64,000 nt of DNA from Thermoplasmatota archaeon. Its GTDB lineage: Archaea; Thermoplasmatota; Penumbrarchaeia; Penumbrarchaeales; Penumbrarchaeaceae. The DNA lies in NCBI GenBank assembly GCA_029762535.1, contig JARVGK010000012.1, positions 1 through 64,000 of the forward strand. Reading direction: 5' to 3'. The translations under genes and the position numbers were made by a program. Below, one piece after another: positions 18,743 through 27,460 of this stretch. How positions within the stretch are numbered: position 1 is the first letter of the stretch; every line of letters begins with the position of its first letter. A model generated the notes under the pieces. That model was not told the origin of the DNA. It made no database searches and saw only the letters and a list, made by a program, of their open reading frames with translations.

Positions 18743-20779
18743 ATGAGCGAAGGCGCATCCGGAAAGGGCGGGATCGAAGACGTTCATAATGGAATACCGG
18801 ACATCCCTACCGGGGAATGTCCATACCTCGAACGCCTCATCGACGAGGTCACTCCTAAGCTGTTCAAGATCCCATCTGAGCAGATAGACCGGTCCATAAT
18901 GGAGATACTATCTGCGGTGGGGGAGAACATCGGGGCGGACAGGTCCTACATATTCCTCTTCAACGAGGACAGGACGAGGATGACCAATACACATGAATGG
19001 GTCAGGCTCGGGGTTGTCGCACTCAAGGACCGTTTCCAGGACATTCCGGTCCTGGCGTACCCCTGGCTGGCAGGAAGGATACTCAACGGTGAGATAATAA
19101 CCAACACCGGGATGGAGAAAAGCGCACATGGTTCGGTCCAGGGAAAGAAGGAGCTGGAGAGCCAGGGGGTCCTGACCTTTTTGAACATACCCATCAAATA
19201 CCAGGGGTCCGTCGTGGGTTTCATAGGGTTCGGAACGGCGTTCTCCACCAGGACATGGTCGGAGCAGTGCATACTGCTCCTGGGATCGATCGGGGACATG
19301 ATCGTCAACGTTCTTTCCAGGAAGTGGATGGAGGAGGAGCTCCAGTTCAGCAGGGAGAAGTACAAGGCCTTGTTCGATCTCTCCCCTCAGGGAATAGCGA
19401 TACTGGACCTTGACGGGCGCATCATAGAGTACAACAATGCGATGGGATCGCTCTCGGACATGCCCAGGGACAGCATCATAGGCAGGCCCTTTACGGACCT
19501 CGAGATCGTCGAGAAGGAGGACATGCCCAGGCTCGTGGGGATGATGATGGACCTTATGGACGGTAAGAGCGTGGGCCCCGTGGAGGTCCGACTGAATATG
19601 CCAGGGAGGCATGTGTGGATCGAGGTCCACTCAGGCCTCATCAGGATGAACGATGAGGTAAGGGGCATACAGATACTTTCGCTCGACATCACAAGGAGGA
19701 AGCAGGCCGAGTTCGAGACCATGAAGTTCAAGTCGGTCTTCGACAACGCCAGCTTCGGAGCGGTCCTGACCGACATGGAGGGCATAATCGTCTATGCCAA
19801 CGATAAGATGGCCCGCATGCACGCTTATTCGGTCGGAGAGCTTTTGGGGAATCACATTTCCATGTTACAAGAGGGTATGGACCCCTCCGTTATGGAGGGG
19901 ATCACGGAGGGCATGATGAAGAAGGGACGTTCCAACGCGATGGAGCTCAGGCAGTCCAGGAAGGACGGCAGCGAATTCCCTGTCCTCATGAACGGGACCC
20001 TTATTATTGGCCCGGAAGGATCGCCCACTCACATAGCCGCTACCATGGTGGACATCACCGAGATATACGAGGCCCGCGAGCTGATCAAGGAGGAGAGGTA
20101 TCGGGCCGAGTTCTACCTGGACCTTCTCAGCCATGATATAGGCAACCTGCATCAGGGGATCTCCTCATGGACGGCCTTCGCAGTGGACCCTGGATCCGAT
20201 GACGATAGGAGGAACCTCGCCCTCAAGCGAATAGACGAGCTGCAGAGAAGGGCGCTCAAGCTCGTCAGGAACGTCCTTCTGCTCTCCAGGCTCAAGAACA
20301 TGAAGGTGGACCTTAGAGAGATAGAGCTGATGGGTATGATCAGGCGCTCCTCGGACGATGTCGCCGGTATGTTCCCGGACAAGCACGTCCACGTCGAGAT
20401 CGTATCGGAGAAAGATGAGGTCAGGATAATGGGAGAGCAGTTGATGGAGGAGATATTCTTCAATCTCATACAGAACTCGTACAAGTTCATAGAGAAGGGA
20501 GAGGGGCGGATCACGGTCCGTGTCGATCACGGCGATGATCGGACGGTGATCACATTCTGCGATAATGGACCGGGTATACCGGACGATCTCAAATCCGAGG
20601 TTCTGAGCCGGATGGGCCGCAGCGGAAAGCACCGCAACACCGGAATAGGCCTGTCTCTCGTGAAGGAGCTGGTGGAGAGGTACGGTGGAACGCTGACCAT
20701 CTCCGACCGGGTCCCGGGAGAACATTCGGATGGAGTGTGCTTCACAATGGACCTTCAAAACGGCGGGAGGGATCGATAG
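18743..20779 (+). CDS. Soluble GAF-PAS-PAS sensor histidine kinase
   Basis: GAF (ADRSYIF..THEW), two PAS domains (DLDGRI, DMEGII, KDGSEFPV, DIT), H-box SHDIGN, N-box NLIQNS, DNGPGI, GIGL. Start uncertain (18650 or 18743). Confidence 0.9.
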   Translation: MSEGASGKGGIEDVHNGIPDIPTGECPYLERLIDEVTPKLFKIPSEQIDRSIMEILSAVGENIGADRSYIFLFNEDRTRMTNTHEWVRLGVVALKDRFQDIPVLAYPWLAGRILNGEIITNTGMEKSAHGSVQGKKELESQGVLTFLNIPIKYQGSVVGFIGFGTAFSTRTWSEQCILLLGSIGDMIVNVLSRKWMEEELQFSREKYKALFDLSPQGIAILDLDGRIIEYNNAMGSLSDMPRDSIIGRPFTDLEIVEKEDMPRLVGMMMDLMDGKSVGPVEVRLNMPGRHVWIEVHSGLIRMNDEVRGIQILSLDITRRKQAEFETMKFKSVFDNASFGAVLTDMEGIIVYANDKMARMHAYSVGELLGNHISMLQEGMDPSVMEGITEGMMKKGRSNAMELRQSRKDGSEFPVLMNGTLIIGPEGSPTHIAATMVDITEIYEARELIKEERYRAEFYLDLLSHDIGNLHQGISSWTAFAVDPGSDDDRRNLALKRIDELQRRALKLVRNVLLLSRLKNMKVDLREIELMGMIRRSSDDVAGMFPDKHVHVEIVSEKDEVRIMGEQLMEEIFFNLIQNSYKFIEKGEGRITVRVDHGDDRTVITFCDNGPGIPDDLKSEVLSRMGRSGKHRNTGIGLSLVKELVERYGGTLTISDRVPGEHSDGVCFTMDLQNGGRDR

Positions 20780-22033
20780 TTGCATGGCGATCTGGTCGTT
20801 CATAACATCGGAAGATTGCTGACCTTTCCTGGGGATGGCCCTGTGGGATGCCCGGAGGTCGAGTCCCCCGTCACCGTGGAAGGTGCCGCGGTCCTGATCA
20901 GGGGAGGAAGGTTCAGCTTCGTGGGGGCGGAGAAGGACCTCTGGGATATTGCGGAGATCCCTCCGGACTGTCGATGCATCGATGCCGGTGGTAGGTGCGC
21001 CGTTCCCGGGTTCGTCGATCCTCATACGCATGCCGTGTTCGCCGGATCGCGTGAGTTCGAGCTGCCCATGAAGCTCAAAGGGGCATCGTATCTGGACATA
21101 CTCCGCGCCGGCGGCGGCATACTCAGGACGATGGAGGAGACCAGGAAAGCCTCCGTGGATGAACTCGTCAGGGGAATGGACGAGAGGCTCGACCGCATGA
21201 TGCTCTACGGGACCACATGTGCGGAGGTCAAGACGGGATACGGGCTGGACGAGCGTTCGGAGATGAGGCTTCTTCGAGCCATAGGCGCATCGGAGCACCC
21301 CGTTCACAGGATAGCTACCTTCCTCGGCCCCCACGCCGTCCCCCCCGAGTACATGGGAAGGCCCGACGATTACATCGATCTGATGATATCCATGCTTCCG
21401 GGGATAGCCGGCGAGGGCCTCGCCACCTATGCCGATATTTTCTGCGAGAGGGACGTGTTCGATGCCGAAATGTCGATGAGGTTCCTCGCAGCGGCAAAGG
21501 AGGCCGGGCTCGGAACGAAGATACACTCCGATGAGATAGAGAACCTTGGCGGTACGATGGTTGGAGCCGAGCTCGGAGCTGTGAGCGCGGAACATCTGCT
21601 CGTCTCCGAGCGACACGACCTCGAAGCGATGAGGAGGTCGGGAACGATCCCGGTACTACTTCCAGGCACGCTCATGACAATATTCGAGGAGAGGGTCCCG
21701 CCCGTTACCATGATGAGGGAGTTGGGTCTGCCCATCGCCCTAGCGACCGACCTCAATCCTAACTGCATGCTCGAGTCAATGCAGCTCGTTCAGGCCCTTG
21801 CCTGCTACAGGCTGAGGATGACACCGAACGAGGTCCTGGCCGCATCCACAGTCAACGCGGCATATGCCGTCGGGATGGGCGGGAAAAAAGGCAGCGTGAC
21901 GCCCGGTCATGACGGCGACCTGCTCATTCTAAAGGATGATTCGTTCGATCACGTCCCTTATCATTTCGGGTCCAACCATGTGGACAGGGTCATCATCGGC
22001 GGGAATGTTATGATAGACGCAGCGGGGTGGTGA
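20780..22033 (+). CDS. hutI: Imidazolonepropionase
   Basis: PGFVDPHTHAVFAGSR, GGGIL, EVKTGYGL, DIFCE, KIHSDE, SAEHL, LATDLNP; TTG start with GGGAGG about 9 nt upstream. Confidence 0.95.
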   Translation: MHGDLVVHNIGRLLTFPGDGPVGCPEVESPVTVEGAAVLIRGGRFSFVGAEKDLWDIAEIPPDCRCIDAGGRCAVPGFVDPHTHAVFAGSREFELPMKLKGASYLDILRAGGGILRTMEETRKASVDELVRGMDERLDRMMLYGTTCAEVKTGYGLDERSEMRLLRAIGASEHPVHRIATFLGPHAVPPEYMGRPDDYIDLMISMLPGIAGEGLATYADIFCERDVFDAEMSMRFLAAAKEAGLGTKIHSDEIENLGGTMVGAELGAVSAEHLLVSERHDLEAMRRSGTIPVLLPGTLMTIFEERVPPVTMMRELGLPIALATDLNPNCMLESMQLVQALACYRLRMTPNEVLAASTVNAAYAVGMGGKKGSVTPGHDGDLLILKDDSFDHVPYHFGSNHVDRVIIGGNVMIDAAGW

Positions 22034-22494
22034 CCATGGAGCTCTGGTCCGCTATGAGCAAAAGGAGATCAGTGAGGAACTTCTCGATCCTGCCTCCTTC
22101 CGATGCGATGATAGAGAAGCTCTTGGAGGCCGCAAGGGCCGCACCTTCGGCGGGAGGGCTTGGGTCTAGGAAGGTCTTCGTCGTGAAGGCCGAGTCCAAG
22201 AGGAGGGCCCTGGCCGACGCTTGCCATGGACAGGAGTTCGTTGCCCAGGCGCATGTGGTACTCCTCTTCTGCGCGGACCTGGATCGGATCACTCCTTACG
22301 GCGACAGGGGCAGGAACCTCTACTGCATACAGGACGTCGCCGCTTCGGTACAGAACGTTCTGCTTCGTGCAGTGGACATCGGCCTGGGAGCCTGCTGGGT
22401 CGGGGCCTTCGACGAGGGAACGGTGTCCGAAATAATCGGCTTGAAGGAGGGCATAAGGCCCTTAGCGTTGGTCCCGGTGGGTTACGAGGCATGA
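22027..22494 (+). CDS. Nitroreductase family protein
   Basis: RRSVRNF, AARAAPSAGG, QNVLL.A..GLGACWVG, PVGY. Confidence 0.92.
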   Translation: MVTMELWSAMSKRRSVRNFSILPPSDAMIEKLLEAARAAPSAGGLGSRKVFVVKAESKRRALADACHGQEFVAQAHVVLLFCADLDRITPYGDRGRNLYCIQDVAASVQNVLLRAVDIGLGACWVGAFDEGTVSEIIGLKEGIRPLALVPVGYEA

Positions 22495-22880
22495 GCATGT
22501 GGGTCTATTCGATAGCGTTCAGGAAGGATGCGGATCCTGGAAATGCCCCTTTCATGATGGTAAGGTCAAAAAAACGGGGTGCATGGGAGATGCCGGGCGG
22601 GCGGGTCGAGGTCGGTGAGGGTCCCCTGGAAGCCGCTGTAAGGGAGTTCCTAGAGGAGACGGGATTGAGGCTCGAAACAGGGGAGAATATGTGCATCGAG
22701 TATGAAGGTGGACGCGTTTTTTGTGGGACCTTTTCGGAGGGAACCCCCTCTCCCCGATGCGATGATGTGTTCGAGGCCAGGGAGTTCAGCGAACTTCCAG
22801 AAGACCTCGCATTTCCCTTCGTGGAATACGCCCCGATGATCGAGGTATGCAGGACCATGTTTAGAAATACCGTCACATGA
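22491..22880 (+). CDS. NUDIX hydrolase
   Basis: Nudix box GGRVEVGEGPLEAAVREFLEETG; ATG 22491 overlaps the nitroreductase stop. Confidence 0.9.
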   Translation: MSMWVYSIAFRKDADPGNAPFMMVRSKKRGAWEMPGGRVEVGEGPLEAAVREFLEETGLRLETGENMCIEYEGGRVFCGTFSEGTPSPRCDDVFEAREFSELPEDLAFPFVEYAPMIEVCRTMFRNTVT

Positions 22881-23907
22881 CCATAGGAACGTCCCATCTA
22901 CCCGGGTCGCCTTCAGGCTGCGGACGGGCCTGTCTCTCCTTTACCGCGTTTGAAAGTGTGAACTTCTCCTGATCGATCCCGGTGGCGATCCCGAATATGT
23001 CGACCTGGCCGGATGGCTCATCGCATCTGAGCGACGTGATGAAGACCGTCCTGCTCCTGTCCCCCAGTTTGCTGAATATCTCGTCCAGTAACCCCTTCAT
23101 GGACGAATCCGGAGCTCCCTTGGGCACCGTCATCTGCAGGAGCAGCCCCTTGCTCGCCCTCACGTCGGCCTTCATCATTATCCGCGATAGGAAGGACGTT
23201 GCGGCGGCCGAGGCGTCGCCGAGATCGTAATCCCCGACGAGAACTGTCCCCTCTCTCCCCTCTTTGAACAAAGTCCTGAGATCGGAGATGGTGATCCCTC
23301 TTTCCGGATGGCCGTACAGGGCCTGGGCAAGGGAGGTGACGACCCCGGATATCAGTATGTCCAGAGCTTGCAGGCTCCTGTGTATAGGGGCATTGCCGTA
23401 TATCTCGAGGAACCTGTCCTGGTCCACGGTGACCATGTTGAAGCCCCTGCGCAGCATGTTGTTCCGGGTGTGGTTGGCGACGGTCCTCGGAAGCGACTCC
23501 AGAACGGCCGACGGTATCGTGCATATATTGATCACGAAGGATCCGGTTGACTCCGCCAAAGATGAGATCACGGGCATCGCTCCCGAACCTGTACCCTTTC
23601 CTAGGGTTCCTATGACTACTGTCAGGTTGTAGTCCTTCATGTATGGTTCTATATCCCTCTTCGCATCCTCGGCGGCCCTCTCCCCCAGCTCGGGGAATCC
23701 GTTCGCTCCCTTTCCTCCGAACAGTCTGTTGCCTATTAGCACCTTGTACCTCGACGAGGCCCTGGAGAGCGAAGACCTGTCCGTCGTAATGAACATGGTG
23801 TCCGCTGTGTCGGATGCGGAATCGTGGACGTGGCGGAGTATCCTGGCGGTGCCCCTTCCCACGCCCACGACGAGTATGCGCCTGCTGGCCGATATCAGTT
23901 GGAACAC
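22873..23907 (-). CDS. Divergent FtsZ/tubulin-superfamily protein
   Basis: VVGVGRG, ITTD, KVLIG, GKGANG.PELGERAA, TLGKGTGSG (cf. GGGTG[T/S]G), IATGI; GTG start. Confidence 0.82.
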   Translation of the reverse strand: MFQLISASRRILVVGVGRGTARILRHVHDSASDTADTMFITTDRSSLSRASSRYKVLIGNRLFGGKGANGFPELGERAAEDAKRDIEPYMKDYNLTVVIGTLGKGTGSGAMPVISSLAESTGSFVINICTIPSAVLESLPRTVANHTRNNMLRRGFNMVTVDQDRFLEIYGNAPIHRSLQALDILISGVVTSLAQALYGHPERGITISDLRTLFKEGREGTVLVGDYDLGDASAAATSFLSRIMMKADVRASKGLLLQMTVPKGAPDSSMKGLLDEIFSKLGDRSRTVFITSLRCDEPSGQVDIFGIATGIDQEKFTLSNAVKERQARPQPEGDPGRWDVPMVM

Positions 23908-23911
23908 CGTC

Positions 23912-24166
23912 CTACTTCAACGAGTAGACCAGGGGTTCCATACCCGAATATCTCTGCTCCAGAACGTGCAGGGCCTGAGTGTACATCGCTGTGGCCCTGA
24001 TGTACTCCGGAGTGTTCATGGTGTTCTTGCAGTACATGTCCATCTGCTCCAGATAGAGCAGGTCGCTCGTCATCCTCTCGCTCAGTTCATTTTCATTTTC
24101 TGGCATATGTCCCATCCCCTTCATATTCCACTGCACGGAAATTTCCACGAAAGGCCGTTCTTCCAC
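23912..24166 (-). CDS. Small hypothetical protein between the RHH gene and the FtsZ-like gene
   Basis: Fills the gap co-directionally, 4 nt before the ftsZ-like start; true start may be the internal MPENENE. Confidence 0.55.
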   Translation of the reverse strand: MEERPFVEISVQWNMKGMGHMPENENELSERMTSDLLYLEQMDMYCKNTMNTPEYIRATAMYTQALHVLEQRYSGMEPLVYSLK

Positions 24167-24178
24167 TCCTTATCTGGC

Positions 24179-24565
24179 CTACCTCTGGTTCAAAGCCGCC
24201 GTCTGCAAGTCCATCGCGTCCGCCTCCGACGCCACCCTCTCGAGCTCCAGTTCGTTCTGTCTCCTGCGGATGTACTCCGATATGAGCGCATCCAGTCCAG
24301 GTTCGACCGCCTTTTCCAGGAGCTCCGGGATCGAGGAGGCGATCCCCTTTTCGTGGACCAGCTTCGCGGCCCTTCTCTTCACATCGCGTGGGATAGTTAT
24401 GGTGACAGTCGAGGCTGCGGATCCCGTCCCCATCTGACCGAGAAGCTCCAGCGCTTTTTGTATTACATCGGTTTTCGAAAGCTCGAGCTCCGATGAAAGC
24501 TTCTCGAGGATCCCGAGATGTTCCCCCGAGATCCTGGCAGATACCGTTACCACCTTCTCCGACAC
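24179..24565 (-). CDS. Tandem ribbon-helix-helix (CopG-like) DNA-binding protein with helical tail
   Basis: From GTG 24565: VVTVSARISGEHLGILEKL...SKTDVIQKALE and TVTITIPRDVKRRAAKLVHEKG..SIPELLEKAV, two beta-alpha-alpha patterns. Confidence 0.72.
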   Translation of the reverse strand: MSEKVVTVSARISGEHLGILEKLSSELELSKTDVIQKALELLGQMGTGSAASTVTITIPRDVKRRAAKLVHEKGIASSIPELLEKAVEPGLDALISEYIRRRQNELELERVASEADAMDLQTAALNQR

Positions 24566-24623
24566 CGTATTTATTCCCCTTGAACCCCCGTAATACGAGA
24601 GTATTACATGGAATAGCATAGGG

Positions 24624-24640
24624 GGTATATATTTTTTTTT
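24624..24640 (-). promoter_or_regulatory. BRE/TATA-like promoter of the RHH-ftsZ-like operon
   Basis: Minus strand reads AAAAAAAAATATATACC about 60 nt upstream of the GTG. Confidence 0.5.
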
Positions 24641-24784
24641 ACGGAGGTATCGGCCCGGGCAAGGATGGAAGGGTGGATGTTTTGACATGTGCAGGTAACG
24701 TATATATACGCTGATGGACGCTTTTTGGAGCGATCCCCAACGGGGACGGACCCTTGAAGGGGATATGTGGTTGGAGCATCCGAA

Positions 24785-27460
24785 ATGAGGTCAAGGGCAG
24801 CTTTGGCACTGTTGATGTTGCTGTCGGGATCGATCCTATTCATGATGGACCCCCCCGTCGGGGGGATGGGAATGGACGGGTCGGGGACGGCGGGGGATCC
24901 CTACGTTATAAGAGACCTGTGGGACCTGCAGAAAATGAGAGAGGACCTTTGCGCCCACTACGTCCTCGGGAACGACATTGATGCTTCGGATACGTATAAC
25001 TGGTATGGTGGGAAAGGCTTCCTCCCCGTGGGAAATTACGAGAACAGGTTCAGGGGGAACCTCGACGGCAGGGCCCATATCATTCGGGAACTTTACATCA
25101 ATCGCTCGGATATGAACGATGTTGGACTCTTCGGTTACATCGTTACGGCGGGCTCCATCAGGAACGTCAAGATGTTTATGGCGAACATAACCGGGAACGA
25201 TCGCGTGGGCGCTCTGGCGGGAGAGTTGTCCTATCTCAAGGTGGTCTCGAACTGCCACGTTTCAGGTGAGATATATGGCAACAGATACGTAGGGGGCCTT
25301 GTCGGATATATAGACAGGGCCACTGTCTCGGACTGCTCTTCCAGGGCGGAGGTCAGGGGAGTGTCCTACGTCGGAGGGCTTTTGGGATATATCTGGTTCG
25401 GAAAGGTTCATACCTCCTGCGCTAAGGGTCTGGCGAACTCGACCGATCTCTTTTCAAGGGTAGGAGGTCTGGTCGGTTACAACAAGAACGGCACCGTATG
25501 CAACTGTTATTCCACGGCGACGGCCCAGGGTATATATCGAGTAGGGGGTCTATTGGGTTTCAACAATCACGGAACGGTTTCCAGATCCTTTTCCGCGGGA
25601 CGGACCGAGGGTGTGGACTGGCACGTGGGGGGACTTATCGGGACCTGCTACGAAGGGATCGTCACGGACAGCTTCTGGGACTGCAACAGCACAGGCCAGG
25701 GGAACAGCTCCGGGGGGGCGGCCAGCACCACGGTGCAGATGAGACATAGAAGCACATTCCTTGATGCGGGGTGGGACCTGGATGGGATGTGGTGCATGGT
25801 CGAGAACGCGACATATCCCTTCTTTCGATGGGAGGATACCGAGGACCCGGTCGCCGATGCGGGACCTGACCAGACCATCGAGGTCGGGCGTTACGCTTTT
25901 TTTAACGGTGGAGCGAGCCATGACGACACTTTCGTGTACGGCCATACTTGGCGTTTCGAGGATAAGGGCCCGGTCGTGTTATTCGGGGTCGAGGCGTTCC
26001 ACAGGTTCATGGACATCGGGACGTACATCGTTACGCTGTATGTTCGGGATCCTCTCGGAAAGCACGGCACCGACGAGATGAGCGTCGAGGTCAGGGATTT
26101 TACCGATCCCTACGCCGACGCCGGGAATAACCTGTACGTCGATGAGGGGACAGTCGTCACCTTGGATGGCAGCAACAGCCGAGACAATTACGGAATAGCG
26201 AACTTTACGTGGAGCTTCATCGACGGGTACGCCATCATCCTTTTCGGAGCGACTAACACATACAGGTTCGATGATCCAGGCCAGTACCGGGTAACGCTCA
26301 AGGTGACCGACCTCTGTGGTAATTGGGCCGTCGATACGGTCATGGTCACCGTTTTGGATACGACACCTCCTACGCCGATCGCGGGCCCTGACCGTGTAGT
26401 CAGAGGGGATACCACCATCGTGTTCGACGGGAGCGGCAGCTTCGACAACGTAGGGATCACCGGCTATACCTGGTCGTTCCATGACGGGATCGAGCATGTC
26501 GTGCTACACGGACCATCCCCGGCGCATATATTCGTCGTACCGGGGACGTACACGGTCACTCTCACCGTCATCGACGAGGTTTATAACAGCATGTCCGACA
26601 CCATCACCGTAACTGTCCTGGACCACATCCCTCCGGTGGCCTACGCCGGGGAAGATAGGACGGTCCCCGCTGGGAGGGAGGTGGTGCTTAATGGGTCTCT
26701 GTCGAGCGATAACATCGGGATCGAGAAATACCGGTGGTCCCTCGTTTACGATGAAGAGGAATTGATATTTCTTGAAGAGGAGTTCAGATCCACATTCGAT
26801 GTCGGTGGCGTATATCGGGTGTCTCTATATGTGTTCGACGCTGAGATGAATCACGACGAGACGTTCGTGACGCTGACCGTGTTGGATACCGGGGTCGTTC
26901 GAGGGACGGTCGCGGATGCCGATTCGAAAAGGATAGGGGGCGTGGACGTCGATATAGTCGCATCCGACGGGAAAATGTATTCCACGAGGACGAGGGCCGA
27001 TGGGAACTTCTCGATAGAGGTCCATTACGGGCCGTTCGAATGGACGATCTCGAAGAAGGGCTACAGGTCCATCAATGGGAGCTCGTATCTGAACGCGATG
27101 GAGGACGAATACCTGGACCTTGATACTACTCCCTTGATATGGATAGGAGGGGATGGCCCCAAAAACCCCCTGCCCTATATACTGTCATCTTTCTTCCTGA
27201 TCGTGTTGATCATCTCGATATCCGCCGGATCGGTCATGTTCTTTACCCTGAAGAGGCCGACAGGAAAGAGGGTGGATGCGGACCCGGAGGGAGATTATAA
27301 AATCCACGAAGATGTTGATCGGACCAATACCGGGTATATCCCTTCGCTTTACAAGGAGGAAGGGGTATGGACCAAGGATCCCTATACGGGATCATATCCT
27401 GAATACCGTTCATATAACCATGAGGATCCAGCGGAGGATTTGATAGAATGTCGATGGTAG
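24785..27460 (+). CDS. GLUG-motif beta-helix + 4 PKD + carboxypeptidase-regulatory domain surface protein, TM anchored
   Basis: GSGTAGDPYVI, repeated VGGLVG, P.ADAG...FDGS.S.DN.GI..Y.W PKD units, TM near aa 805-830. Confidence 0.88.
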   Translation: MRSRAALALLMLLSGSILFMMDPPVGGMGMDGSGTAGDPYVIRDLWDLQKMREDLCAHYVLGNDIDASDTYNWYGGKGFLPVGNYENRFRGNLDGRAHIIRELYINRSDMNDVGLFGYIVTAGSIRNVKMFMANITGNDRVGALAGELSYLKVVSNCHVSGEIYGNRYVGGLVGYIDRATVSDCSSRAEVRGVSYVGGLLGYIWFGKVHTSCAKGLANSTDLFSRVGGLVGYNKNGTVCNCYSTATAQGIYRVGGLLGFNNHGTVSRSFSAGRTEGVDWHVGGLIGTCYEGIVTDSFWDCNSTGQGNSSGGAASTTVQMRHRSTFLDAGWDLDGMWCMVENATYPFFRWEDTEDPVADAGPDQTIEVGRYAFFNGGASHDDTFVYGHTWRFEDKGPVVLFGVEAFHRFMDIGTYIVTLYVRDPLGKHGTDEMSVEVRDFTDPYADAGNNLYVDEGTVVTLDGSNSRDNYGIANFTWSFIDGYAIILFGATNTYRFDDPGQYRVTLKVTDLCGNWAVDTVMVTVLDTTPPTPIAGPDRVVRGDTTIVFDGSGSFDNVGITGYTWSFHDGIEHVVLHGPSPAHIFVVPGTYTVTLTVIDEVYNSMSDTITVTVLDHIPPVAYAGEDRTVPAGREVVLNGSLSSDNIGIEKYRWSLVYDEEELIFLEEEFRSTFDVGGVYRVSLYVFDAEMNHDETFVTLTVLDTGVVRGTVADADSKRIGGVDVDIVASDGKMYSTRTRADGNFSIEVHYGPFEWTISKKGYRSINGSSYLNAMEDEYLDLDTTPLIWIGGDGPKNPLPYILSSFFLIVLIISISAGSVMFFTLKRPTGKRVDADPEGDYKIHEDVDRTNTGYIPSLYKEEGVWTKDPYTGSYPEYRSYNHEDPAEDLIECRW
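24881..24975 (+). repeat. Direct repeat copy 1 shared between the two GLUG genes
   Basis: TCGGGGACGGCGGGGGATCCCTACGT (24881-24906) and GCGCCCACTACGTCCTCGGGAACGA (24951-24975) recur identically, with the same spacing, at 27592 and 27662. Confidence 0.85.

Noticed and set aside
20777-20782. Kinase TAG immediately followed in-frame by hutI: possible pyrrolysine/readthrough fusion
   Set aside because: hutI has its own GGGAGG about 9 nt before a TTG start, both proteins are complete, and no pyl genes are seen.
24164-24181. RHH gene TAG in frame with the next small ORF (possible readthrough)
   Set aside because: A TAA follows three codons later (TAG GCC AGA TAA).
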